Shown here piece by piece: positions 37,387 to 46,853 of a stretch of 64,000 bases of DNA (positions are counted from its first letter, which is position 1; each line of letters opens with the position of its first letter). The notes under the pieces were generated by a model, which made no database searches, was not told where the DNA came from, and worked only from the letters and a program-made list of their open reading frames with translations. The stretch spans positions 85,681 through 149,680 of the forward strand of contig LCCV01000004.1 in assembly GCA_000998135.1 (NCBI GenBank), written 5' to 3'. The stretch is from Parcubacteria group bacterium GW2011_GWA2_42_14. Lineage in GTDB: Bacteria > Patescibacteriota > Minisyncoccia > Sungbacterales > GWA2-42-14. The position numbers were made by a program, and so were the translations under genes.

Positions 37387-38361
37387 CTATTGCAGGCGTT
37401 CCTTGGCCCCCAGAATTTGTCCTTCAATCCATAAAGAAATATTTTTGTGGGGAAGGAGGGTTTTGGGATAAAAAGTACAACCGCAGTTTTCCAGGATTTT
37501 TTTGAGTTCTTCTTCCCTTCCGCCCGGAGCCAAAAGATAGGGGATAACCAAAACATTTTTTCCGGTTTTTTTTTCTTTTTGTATTGCTTCCCGTATTTTT
37601 TCAATTGCCTTATTTCGGATAAATGACGGAGCATCATCTCTGAAAGTAAGGGCAAAAAAATTAGCGCCAGGGAATTCATCGGAAAGGGAAGAAGGATAAA
37701 TGTTTAAGTGAAGCATCCACATTTTGTTGTCGTCTTCGGTAATGGGGCCGTGCGCCAGAAGAAAAATGCTGGTTTTGGAATAGTCGGATATTTTTAGTTC
37801 CTTAATTCTTTCTTCAAGAATTTTCGTTATGCTAATGTCATAATTTATGGCTGAGGCCATAGAATACGGAACAGAAAATTTTACCTGCGTAGTAATATCC
37901 ATTTTATAATCGGTATGGCCGTCGTGTCCGTTGCCGGATTCGTCTCCGGTTTCTTCGCCACCCATCAAAATCCAGAAAAGTACGTCCGGTTCTTCGCGTA
38001 ACCCAAGAAGATATTCAATGTTTCTGTACATTTCGCTATGCGATGAAATAAAAAGCGGAATAACAATAATTGCTTTTACCATTGATTTTTCAAGATTGTT
38101 TATGCCCTGCTGTATTGAATCATATTCTCCCATGCCGAATACAATTTCCTTTTTGAATCTTCCTTGAACGTTCGCCACAGCTTCTTTAATGGCATTGTTC
38201 CATTTAGGACCCGCGCCGTGCGCCAGCACCAAAACCCCTATTTTCGAGTCGTTAAAAGCGTTTAAATCGTTGGCGGATGTTCTGTGCGTAAAAGTAAGGA
38301 ACATTGATAAAATTAGTGTTATAATAATAATAAAGAGAGGTTTTGACAGGTGAAAATTCAT
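37387..38361 (-). CDS. Exported CbiX-like chelatase-fold protein
   Basis: Signal peptide; VLVLAHG, IPLFISSHS, His-containing acidic loop, LLAHGP..DDN, RDDAP. Confidence 0.78.
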   Translation of the reverse strand: MNFHLSKPLFIIIITLILSMFLTFTHRTSANDLNAFNDSKIGVLVLAHGAGPKWNNAIKEAVANVQGRFKKEIVFGMGEYDSIQQGINNLEKSMVKAIIVIPLFISSHSEMYRNIEYLLGLREEPDVLFWILMGGEETGDESGNGHDGHTDYKMDITTQVKFSVPYSMASAINYDISITKILEERIKELKISDYSKTSIFLLAHGPITEDDNKMWMLHLNIYPSSLSDEFPGANFFALTFRDDAPSFIRNKAIEKIREAIQKEKKTGKNVLVIPYLLAPGGREEELKKILENCGCTFYPKTLLPHKNISLWIEGQILGAKERLQ

Positions 38362-38548
38362 GTATTCATACCCTTTTTTATTTTTCAAGGTTCGAGGATA
38401 GCATATATCAAATTTATAAAAGGTCAATTTTTCAATGAGTAATAGTCATTCCGAGCGTAAGCGAGGAATTTTCGGTTTAGCGACACTCAGTATTGCTAAA
38501 AAATCGGCCGTAAGAGATTCTTCATTTTATTCAGAATGACACAGCGCA

Positions 38549-39670
38549 ATGAATAAAAATCTAATTTTTTTTCTGATTGTAATCGGTATTTTTGCCGCCG
38601 GGCTTGGTTATAGATATTTAAGCGTTTCCGGTGTTGCTCAAAAAATTTATGTGGCTGTTGAGGGCGACGGAAAAATCGCGGTTATTGACCAGAATACCCG
38701 GAAAGTTATCCGGAACATTGATTTGTCAACTGACCACGAAGGAGGAAAATTATTTTTCGCGCCCCATAATGTCCAGGTAAGTCCTGACCAAAAAAGCGTA
38801 TGGGTAACGGCTAATGTTGGCGATCATCAGGATCATGCGGCCTTTTTTGTTGAACAAGTTTTAGCGCACGGAGAAGAAGAGGAGGAAACAATTGGGGAGC
38901 CGGATGAAGTCATTGTCATTAACCCGGAAAATGACCGCATCGTAAAACGCATTCAAATTAAAGCAGGAATACATCTTGCCCATGTTGTTTTAACGCCGGA
39001 CTCAAAATTAGCTTATGCTACGGCGCAGGAGGAAAGCGTTATATACAAGATTGATGCCTTAACTTATGAGATTGTAAAACGGATTGAAGCTGCGGAAAAA
39101 AGCGAGCCGCATGGAATAAGGATTTCTTCAGACGGTTTATTTCTTTATGCCGCAATGCTGGCAGGAAAAAGTCTCGGCATTGTTGATTTAAAAACTGATA
39201 CTTTTTCAGAAATTCCTCTAGGGGGACAAGCAGTACAGACAGGGGTAACACCGGATGGCAAATTTGTTGTTGTTTCGCTTTATGACACAAAACAACTGGC
39301 GGTTTACAGTGTTGAAACCAAGTCGTTAAGTTTTGTAAAATTGCCAGAAAGTTCCATGGGCCCGATTCAAATGTATCCTACGCCGGATTCAAAGTTTATT
39401 TATCTTGCTGACCAGGGGTATTATTTCGAACAGCCGTCAAGCCAATGGGTTTATAAAATTGAACTTGCTTCGGGCCGTGTTGTGAAAGAAGTCAAAGCCG
39501 GCAGCGCTCCCCACGGCGTAGTTGTTTCCAATGACGGAAATTTTGTTTATGTAACCAATCTTTTGAGCGATGATGTTTCGGTGATTGATACGGCCAAGGA
39601 TGAAGAAGTTGGCCGCATTAAGGTCGGAAAGTTTCCTAATGGAATCAGCACTTGGACAAAAAATAAATAA
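38549..39670 (+). CDS. YVTN/YncE beta-propeller protein
   Basis: IYVAVEG, APHNV, EPHGI, APHGV, VYVTN repeats; N-terminal TM. Confidence 0.9.
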   Translation: MNKNLIFFLIVIGIFAAGLGYRYLSVSGVAQKIYVAVEGDGKIAVIDQNTRKVIRNIDLSTDHEGGKLFFAPHNVQVSPDQKSVWVTANVGDHQDHAAFFVEQVLAHGEEEEETIGEPDEVIVINPENDRIVKRIQIKAGIHLAHVVLTPDSKLAYATAQEESVIYKIDALTYEIVKRIEAAEKSEPHGIRISSDGLFLYAAMLAGKSLGIVDLKTDTFSEIPLGGQAVQTGVTPDGKFVVVSLYDTKQLAVYSVETKSLSFVKLPESSMGPIQMYPTPDSKFIYLADQGYYFEQPSSQWVYKIELASGRVVKEVKAGSAPHGVVVSNDGNFVYVTNLLSDDVSVIDTAKDEEVGRIKVGKFPNGISTWTKNK

Positions 39671-39743
39671 TGCGCCGTCTTTGGTCGAGGGCGGCAAATT
39701 CATTATTAAATTAGAGATTGATTAGTGATAAATACAAAAAAAT

Positions 39744-40154
39744 ATGAACAATTTAAAAACCATAGAATGGATTTTGCGAATTGCCGTTGCCGGAGAATTT
39801 TTAGGACATGGCGTATTCGCGCTTCAGGGTAGAAAGGCGTGGGTCGAATGGTTTTCAATTTTTGGCATCTCCGATGTTCAGACCGCAACAACGCTCTTGT
39901 GGCTGCTCGGTTCATTGGATATTCTTATGGCCATTCTTATTTTGGTTAGGCCCGTACGTTTAGTTCTTCTCTGGATGGCTTTTTGGGGATTTTGGACGGC
40001 ACTTATGCGTCCCATTGCCGGTGACTCAATTTTTGAATTCGTGGAGAGATGGGCCAACTGGGGAGCTCCTTTGGCTTTGTTTTTTCTTTATGGCTGGCCA
40101 AAATGCCTTAAGGGCTGGTTTTGGAAACAGAGATGCGAGGAAAATACTGTTTAA
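39744..40154 (+). CDS. DoxX-like membrane protein
   Basis: WILRIAVAGEFLGHG, EFVERWANWGAPL. Confidence 0.75.
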   Translation: MNNLKTIEWILRIAVAGEFLGHGVFALQGRKAWVEWFSIFGISDVQTATTLLWLLGSLDILMAILILVRPVRLVLLWMAFWGFWTALMRPIAGDSIFEFVERWANWGAPLALFFLYGWPKCLKGWFWKQRCEENTV

Positions 40155-40267
40155 TCAAAAAGTTAATTAAACCGATTAAGTGAATTAAGCGGGTTAAGCT
40201 TAATTCACTTAACTTGCCTAACATGCTTGTTTAGGATTTTTGTGCTTGAAAGCGCTGCAATCATTTT

Positions 40268-41860
40268 ATGAATAAGATTAAATACATAATTGTTTTTATT
40301 ATCATTATTGGTGCGTGGGTTGCCTGGTATTATTTTTGGGGCAGGGAAAAACCTCTTGATTATGAAACTGTTAGCGCAAAACTCGGCAATATCAGTCAGG
40401 AAATAAATGTTACAGGAAAAATTATACCCTTGGACAAGGTGGAACTTGCTTTTGAAAAAGGCGGAAGAATAGTAAAAATAAATGCCGATGTCGGAGATAC
40501 CGTGTCCCGCGGCTGGATTCTGGCCGAACTTGATAATTCCGAACTTTTGGCAGAAATATCCCAGAAAAAATCGCAGGTTAAGGCCGAAGAAGCGCGTCTG
40601 GAAGAATTGAAAAGAGGAAGCCGTCCGGAAGAATTGAAAATATTGGAAGTAAAAGTTGAAAATGCCAAGGCCCTGCTTGAAGACGCTGAAAAAAATATGA
40701 TTGATAAAATTCAGGATTCTTATACCAAATCCGATGATGCCATAAGAAATAAAATTGACCAGCTTTACTCAAATCCCAGAACCAAATCTCCTACCCTGAC
40801 TGTTTATGACCCCGGCGCTTATCAAACCCGCCAAGAACTGGAAACCGGCAGGGTTGTTATTGAAGGTATTTTGGTAGAATGGAATTCCGAATTGGCGGGA
40901 CTCGTATCTTCTCAAGATTTGTCTCCCGCTCTTTTAAATGCCAAAACAAGAATCGGGGAAATAAATAAGTTTCTTGAAAAAATCGCGCTTTTAGTAAACG
41001 GTTTGACTCCGAGTTCTTCTCTTTCCCAGACAACTATTAATACTTATCGTTCCGATACGGCAACGGCAAGAGCCAATGTCAATACCGCGTTGGGAAATTT
41101 AACATCCGCGGATGAGAAAATGCGTTCGGCCAAATCCGCGGTGGTGCTTGCCGAAAATGAGCTTTTTTTGAAACAGGTCGGCGCTGCCGTTGAAACAATT
41201 TCTGCCAAAGAAGCGGAGTTGGAATACGCCCAGGCAAGTGTGGCAAGCGTTTTGGCACAGCTGCAAAAATTAGTTCTTCGCTCACCAATAAATGGGATTG
41301 TTTCAGGAACTTTTGCTAAAATCGGAGAAATTATCGCGGCCAATAAAGTCATTTTTTCTCTTATTTCCGACAACGAAGCTGAAGTCGAAGCGAATATTCC
41401 TGAAGTGGATATTGCCAAAATAAAAAAAGGGGATACGGCATTGATTACACTGGACGCTTACGGAGTTGATACGGAATTTGAGGCGGAACTTGGCATGATT
41501 GACCCGGCAGAAACAATTATTGAAGGCGTCGCGACTTATCGCGCGACATTTCAATTTCTTGTCCCGAGGACTTCGAGTGATCCTCAGTCGAACTCCGGAG
41601 TCGAGGGGGTGAAAAAAGACGGGCGCATTAAACCGGGCATGACCGCCAATATTAGCGTTAAGGGGCCGTCCAGAGAGAATGTTTTAGTTCTTCCACAGCG
41701 CGCCGTAATTTCTAAAAACGGAAATAGATTTGTCAGGGTTCTTAATGGCAAAGAAATCTTTGAAACGGAGATAAAAACCGGATTAAGGGGTTCGGATGGC
41801 AATGTGGAAATAACGGAAGGGTTGAAAGACGGGGACATAGTAATTTTGTTTCAAAAGTAG
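40268..41860 (+). CDS. MacA-like periplasmic adaptor subunit
   Basis: TM, lipoyl halves (VGDTV; LRSPINGIV), long coiled coil, KPGMTAN, GLKDGD. Confidence 0.9.
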   Translation: MNKIKYIIVFIIIIGAWVAWYYFWGREKPLDYETVSAKLGNISQEINVTGKIIPLDKVELAFEKGGRIVKINADVGDTVSRGWILAELDNSELLAEISQKKSQVKAEEARLEELKRGSRPEELKILEVKVENAKALLEDAEKNMIDKIQDSYTKSDDAIRNKIDQLYSNPRTKSPTLTVYDPGAYQTRQELETGRVVIEGILVEWNSELAGLVSSQDLSPALLNAKTRIGEINKFLEKIALLVNGLTPSSSLSQTTINTYRSDTATARANVNTALGNLTSADEKMRSAKSAVVLAENELFLKQVGAAVETISAKEAELEYAQASVASVLAQLQKLVLRSPINGIVSGTFAKIGEIIAANKVIFSLISDNEAEVEANIPEVDIAKIKKGDTALITLDAYGVDTEFEAELGMIDPAETIIEGVATYRATFQFLVPRTSSDPQSNSGVEGVKKDGRIKPGMTANISVKGPSRENVLVLPQRAVISKNGNRFVRVLNGKEIFETEIKTGLRGSDGNVEITEGLKDGDIVILFQK

Positions 41861-41862
41861 TT

Positions 41863-42017
41863 AGAGACTATTTTAAAAGTCATTCTGAGGTAACAACCGA
41901 AGAATCTCAATCTGCGAAAATACTAATTTTTGAGATTCTTCACGGAGTTTACACTGAGCGAAGCGAATGTGTTCAGAATGACGAAAAATAATTTTTGAAA
42001 CTTTTTAGACAGTCTTT
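41863..42017. mobile_element. MITE-like element with GTCATTCTGAG REP doublet
   Basis: AGAGACTATTTTAAAAG...CTTTTTAGACAGTCTTT termini around GTCATTCTGAGG...GAGATTCTTC...TTCAGAATGAC. Confidence 0.7.
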
Positions 42018-42029
42018 TAGGCAACTTTT

Positions 42030-42749
42030 ATGGAATTAATAGAAATCCAGGATTTAAAAAAAATATACGGCGAAGGGGAAATGGAAACATCGGCGCTTGC
42101 CGGAATAAGTTTAAAAATAGCTAAAGGAGAATTCGTCGCGGTTATGGGGCCATCCGGCTCCGGCAAATCAACGCTTCTTCACATTCTTGGTTTTCTTGAC
42201 AGGCCCACTTCCGGCCTTTATTTTTTTGACGGCAAAAACATGCTTGATTACTCGGATGAGGAACTGGCGCGATTGAGAAATAAGAAGATGGGTTTTATAT
42301 TTCAGGCCTTTAATCTTCTTCCCCGGACATCCGTCTTGGAAAACGTAAAACTTCCGCTTATTTATTCCGATATCGCGTTAACGGAATGGAACGCGCTTGC
42401 GGAGTCGGCTATTGAGAAAGTTGGCTTAACTCACCGGATTCATCATCAGCCATCCCAGCTTTCCGGAGGAGAAAAACAAAGAGTTGCCATTGCCAGAGCT
42501 TTGGTTTTAAATCCACTGGTAATTTTCGCGGATGAGCCCACCGGCAATCTTGATTCAAAATCCGGCGGACAAGTTATGGAAGCGATTGCAAAGCTTCATG
42601 AGGACGGACATACTATTATATTGATTACACATGAGACCTATACCGCCGCCTATGCCCAAAGAATAATAGAACTTAAAGACGGCCTGATTGAAAAAGTTCG
42701 GTCTGTTTCGGAGCGTCACCGCACTTTTGACCATCAATTTATTAAATGA
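42030..42749 (+). CDS. MacB/LolD-type ABC ATP-binding protein
   Basis: [44 protein letters not shown]. Confidence 0.95.
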   Translation: MELIEIQDLKKIYGEGEMETSALAGISLKIAKGEFVAVMGPSGSGKSTLLHILGFLDRPTSGLYFFDGKNMLDYSDEELARLRNKKMGFIFQAFNLLPRTSVLENVKLPLIYSDIALTEWNALAESAIEKVGLTHRIHHQPSQLSGGEKQRVAIARALVLNPLVIFADEPTGNLDSKSGGQVMEAIAKLHEDGHTIILITHETYTAAYAQRIIELKDGLIEKVRSVSERHRTFDHQFIK

Positions 42750-42903
42750 TTTTGTTTTGCGAAGGCGTCTGCTTAATTGTCATTTGAATACTTTGAGAAA
42801 TTGGGATAATAATGGATTTCTGAAAGCGATTCGTTTCGGCACGCGAGGCGACCGAAGATATAAAAAAGAAGATATATTAAAATGTTTAAGAAAACGTATT
42901 TAA
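42750..42903 (+). pseudogene. MerR/excisionase-like HTH fragment
   Basis: LLNCHLNTLRNWDNNGFLKAIRFGTRGDRRYKKEDI, lacking a clean start. Confidence 0.7.
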
Positions 42904-42912
42904 CAAAAAAAC

Positions 42913-43416
42913 ATGATTCCCAAAGAGAACAACTTTGCATTTATAGACAGCCAAAATGTGTACAAAGGGACACGGCGGGATTTAGGTTGGGAATTGGACT
43001 GGGTCCGTTTTCGTGTGTATTTGAAACACAAGTACGACATCACTAACGCTTATTTGTTTATCGGCTTTATGCCGGAACATAACGACATTTATGATGAACT
43101 CCAAAAAGCAGGATTTATTTTGAAATTTAAGCCCGTATTGCCCAACGGAAAAGACGGCGTGAAAGGAAACATTGATGCTGACCTGGTATTACAAGCCATG
43201 ATTGACTATCCAAACTACGACAAAGCAGTAATTGTTTCCAGCGACGGTGATTTCTATTCACTTGCCCGCCACTTGTACGATAACAAAAAACTTTTGGCGG
43301 TTTTAAGTCCGCACCGGAAAACATGCTCGTCTCTTTTAAGAAAATCGGCAAAGGACAAAATGGTCTATATGGACAATCTAGAAAACAAGCTATCAAAAAG
43401 AAAAAGCACCGCGTAG
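42913..43416 (+). CDS. NYN (LabA/DUF88, PIN-like) nuclease
   Basis: FIDSQN, KGNIDADLV, IVSSDGDF. Confidence 0.92.
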   Translation: MIPKENNFAFIDSQNVYKGTRRDLGWELDWVRFRVYLKHKYDITNAYLFIGFMPEHNDIYDELQKAGFILKFKPVLPNGKDGVKGNIDADLVLQAMIDYPNYDKAVIVSSDGDFYSLARHLYDNKKLLAVLSPHRKTCSSLLRKSAKDKMVYMDNLENKLSKRKSTA

Positions 43417-43452
43417 GGACGGAACCCATACGAAGTGCTTTTTCATAGGAAT
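43394..43452 (-). ncRNA. Candidate small antisense RNA over the NYN 3' end
   Basis: Minus-strand promoter TTGACT-16-TATACT (extended TG) at 43486..43459, hairpin GAAAAAGCAC...GTGCTTTTTC, then a U-tract. Confidence 0.45.
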
Positions 43453-43614
43453 ACTTAAAGTATAGCAAGTACTTGCCAAAAGTCAATAGTTTTATCAACA
43501 CCTCCAACAAATATCCGATAAAATCCGTATATATATAACCAAAAATATCCGATAATATGGCTAATTTATCCGGGGTTTGGTTTAACAGAAAAAATTAAAT
43601 TAAAAAGTTAAAAC

Positions 43615-44157
43615 ATGAAAGACATAGACAATTTATATTATGACGCCATGGAATTGCTTGACGACGGGCGAAGCGGAGCGAAAAAAGCGGAGAAATTACT
43701 TTTGAAAGCGGTTGCAATAGACCCGCATAGCCCGCAAACATATATTGGACTAGTTCAAATTTATGGAGTTATCAAAAATAAAAAGAAAATAGAGGAGTGC
43801 GTTAAAAAAGCTTATACTGAAACAGTCAAAAAAATTCCAGTTTGGCCGAAGACAATGTTTTGGGGCGATATGGACAATCGAGCGTATATGAGGGCTGTTC
43901 AATATCGGGCTGACCCTTATGCTGATAAAGGAGAAAAGGAGAAAGCCATAGAATTATATAGACTGCTTTTGCGGTTGAATCCGAATGACAATCAAGGCGT
44001 CAGATATACTCTTTCCGGGGTATACGCCGGTATTGGCGGTGAAAAAATAAATGAAATGTTTGACGAAGGAAACGCAAAACAAAATTGGGATAAGCTGGAA
44101 AATTTAGTAAAAGAGCAAAACACCAAACACAAATTTTGGAAAGAACCAAAATATTAG
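43615..44157 (+). CDS. TPR-like protein (ST7-like)
   Basis: WGDMDNRAYMRA, LLRLNPNDNQGVRY. Confidence 0.8.
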   Translation: MKDIDNLYYDAMELLDDGRSGAKKAEKLLLKAVAIDPHSPQTYIGLVQIYGVIKNKKKIEECVKKAYTETVKKIPVWPKTMFWGDMDNRAYMRAVQYRADPYADKGEKEKAIELYRLLLRLNPNDNQGVRYTLSGVYAGIGGEKINEMFDEGNAKQNWDKLENLVKEQNTKHKFWKEPKY

Positions 44158-44686
44158 AATATAAACCCCATTCAGCCGAAATTCTGCAGGAATAAGTCGC
44201 GCGGCGGATTGTCAGCCGGGGGTGGAAATAGATTTGCTTTTAAATTTAAATTGCGTTATCGTTAGAATTTTGTATGACGATATTTCTAGATTTAAACTCA
44301 CAGAAAGTTCTGTGGTTTAATTTCATCATACTTTCCCTGAGTATAATTTAAGTGGTAGCGAACTTGCTGTTGCTTGGACGGCCCATATTTCTGAACAAAT
44401 GGGATATAATCCTTGGGTTATAATTCATCCTGATGAAAAAAAACTCATAGAATTTTGCACAAACAAGAGGTTGACTTTTACTGTTTAAGCGATCGAAAAA
44501 ATGGTAATATGCCACAGAATGTGCAAGAAATTATCAGTAGTGTAATTTCCAACAAAAACGGCGTAGAAACTCAGATAATTTCAAGTAGTGATTATTCGTA
44601 ATTTTCTACCTCAATTTAGCTAAAACCAAGAAACCAGCTCTATGTAGTTGGTTTTTTGAGGTAAAATATGTGATAATAGAATAACT

Positions 44687-44932
44687 ATGCCCTCTTTAAA
44701 CTGGATAGGAAAAGAGAAAATTGTGAATCACGATAAGGATGTGCCGTTTCGGCTGATGCGAAAGAATAAGAAATACTCGCTTGGGGAAAGCGAGAATTTA
44801 ATTTTGGAGGGGGATAATTTGGGGGCATTAAAGGCATTGGTGCCTTTTTATTATGGAAAAATAAAATGTATTTATATTGATCCACAGAAGAATAGTACTG
44901 ATAGCGTTATTAATAAAGTTTCTAAATTATAA
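44687..44932 (+). pseudogene. Truncated type III R-M Mod (adenine methyltransferase)
   Basis: MPSLNWIGK..., NLILEGDNL.ALKAL...GKIKCIYIDP, truncated inside the DPPY motif. Confidence 0.85.
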
Positions 44933-45126
44933 AACCCAATCCCTCGAACAGAAAAAGAAACTAAAAGATGGTAATACAGCGAAGAAACGGTGTCAGGTAC
45001 TCTTTTTGACTCCACAAAAAACCAATAAAACTATATTACACCACGCCAACAACATACTAACAAACTGGAGTTTGTTGGTATGTTGTGAAGTAAAAAAATT
45101 AACAAAATAAATTTATGGAAAAATAA

Positions 45127-45281
45127 GCCGAAGTCCGCGGCTGCGAAAAACAAATTGACCAGCTCGTCTATGGTTTGATAAACTCACCACAGGTAAACTC
45201 TACGGCCTCCCGCCTTCAATAAACTTTTGGCGGGCAGGCACCCCGGAGGAAATTAAAATTGTTGAAAATGAAAATAGATAA
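45127..45281 (+). pseudogene. C-terminal remnant of a type IIG R-M enzyme with two hairpin insertions
   Basis: Removing 45171..45193 and 45209..45238 restores EKQIDQLVYKLYGLTPEEIKIVE. Confidence 0.8.
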
Positions 45282-45356
45282 TTTTAATCAGCAAAAATTA
45301 TGACCGGAAGCAATCAATATTTTTATGAAGATATTGAGACTGCCCATATAAAGTTC

Positions 45357-45415
45357 TTGCGCTTATTTTGAGTATAGCATATAATTTAAACCAAAGGTAC
45401 CCAAATATGGGTACC
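45357..45415 (+). promoter_or_regulatory. Promoter and palindromic operator of the AbiE operon
   Basis: TTGCGC-17-TATAAT followed by GGTACCCA-AATA-TGGGTACC. Confidence 0.6.
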
Positions 45416-45462
45416 AATATGGCACAAACCATCAATATATCTATGGCGAATGTCATTTAATC

Positions 45463-46062
45463 ATGGAAAAATACTATATTTTAGACTTAATGAGATCCAA
45501 AAAGACTGTCTTCACTTTTAAAGACCTTATTTTGTTTTGGGGAAAATCTGACGTGAATTTTGTAAAGAAAAAAATTTACCGCTACGTGAAGGCGGGCAAA
45601 ATGAATTCTATCCGTAGAGGCATTTACTCCAAGGACAAGGACTATAATAAATACGAACTGGCTACAAAAATATATACACCCTCATATGTCAGCCTGGAGA
45701 CCGCGCTAGGCGCGTCCGGAGTTACTTTCCAGCTGTATGGTCAGATTTTTGTCGTATCATACACCACAAAGGAAATCGAGTGCGACGGACAGAAATATTC
45801 TTACAAAAAAATCAAAGATATCATTCTCACCAATCAAATCGGCATAGAGTCGAGGGAAAATTACAGCATTGCTTCGCCCGAACGCGCCTTTTTAGATGTT
45901 ATTTATCTTAACAAAGATTATCATTTTGATAATCTATCAGCTTTGAATTGGGAAAAAGTACGCGAAATTTTACCCATTTACGGCGGCAACAAACGAATGG
46001 CAAAAATGGTAAAAATGTACCACAAGGCGTTTTCCGCCGAAGTCACCAGTCCTTCGCAGTAG
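45463..46062 (+). CDS. abiEi: AbiEi-family type IV antitoxin
   Basis: IRRGIY, PSYVSLETAL, ASPERAFLD. Confidence 0.88.
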   Translation: MEKYYILDLMRSKKTVFTFKDLILFWGKSDVNFVKKKIYRYVKAGKMNSIRRGIYSKDKDYNKYELATKIYTPSYVSLETALGASGVTFQLYGQIFVVSYTTKEIECDGQKYSYKKIKDIILTNQIGIESRENYSIASPERAFLDVIYLNKDYHFDNLSALNWEKVREILPIYGGNKRMAKMVKMYHKAFSAEVTSPSQ

Positions 46063-46127
46063 CTCTGCTACGGAGAATGGAGATCCGCCTCCGGCGGAAA
46101 GATTGCCAATTAGAAAATAATAACCGC

Positions 46128-46835
46128 ATGACTCTTAACACCGCAAAACATAAAAATATTCTTATAAAAATCCTCAAGGATATCTACACTGATCCTGCCA
46201 TCAGTCCTCTTTTGGGATTTAAGGGCGGTACAGCCGCTATATTTTTCTATAACCTTGACCGCTTTTCGATGGACTTGGATTTTGATTTGCTCAATTCAGA
46301 AAAGGAATACTTTGTGTTTGAACAAGTAAAAGCGGCCCTTGAAAATTACGGAAAATTAAAGCAGGTAAGAAAGAAAAGATTCAATCTTTTTTATATTCTT
46401 TCTTATGACGACAAAGACATTAATGCTCAAAATATTAAGGTGGAAATCAACCGCCGGGAATTTGGCTCAAAATATTCGGTGGAATCATTCCTCGGTATTT
46501 CTATGCAGGTAATGGTCAAAGAAGATATGGCCGCTCACAAACTTTGCGCCATGTATGAGCGAATCGGCAAAACCAACCGCGATATTTATGACGTACATTT
46601 TTTTCTTTCTCACGACTGGCCGGTTAATAAAAAGATTGTTGAGGACCGCATGGGAGTATCGTATGCGGAGTTTTTGAAAAAATGCATTGAGACAATGGAA
46701 AAGTTTGATGATAGCAACATTCTCTCCGGTATGGGTGAATTACTGTTGTCCGGGAAGCAAAAAGCGTGGGTAAAAGCAAAACTTAAGTCAGAAGTATTGT
46801 TCTTTCTGAAACTTGCTTTGGAAAAAGAAAAATAA
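46128..46835 (+). CDS. abiEii: AbiEii-family nucleotidyltransferase toxin
   Basis: FKGGTA..FY.LDRFSMDLDF, KVEI, HKL.A, RDIYD. Confidence 0.92.
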   Translation: MTLNTAKHKNILIKILKDIYTDPAISPLLGFKGGTAAIFFYNLDRFSMDLDFDLLNSEKEYFVFEQVKAALENYGKLKQVRKKRFNLFYILSYDDKDINAQNIKVEINRREFGSKYSVESFLGISMQVMVKEDMAAHKLCAMYERIGKTNRDIYDVHFFLSHDWPVNKKIVEDRMGVSYAEFLKKCIETMEKFDDSNILSGMGELLLSGKQKAWVKAKLKSEVLFFLKLALEKEK

Positions 46836-46853
46836 ACTCGCATACACTTATAT

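Noticed and set aside
44270-44601. Degraded ORF in the defence island
   Set aside because: It has coding-like stretches with a stop and a frameshift, but no family could be recognised.
45948-46127. N-terminal extension of AbiEii (likewise 19524, 17686, 27396, 30441, 16655, 48055)
   Set aside because: The extensions run through upstream genes, repeats or intergenic DNA; downstream ATGs match the family starts.
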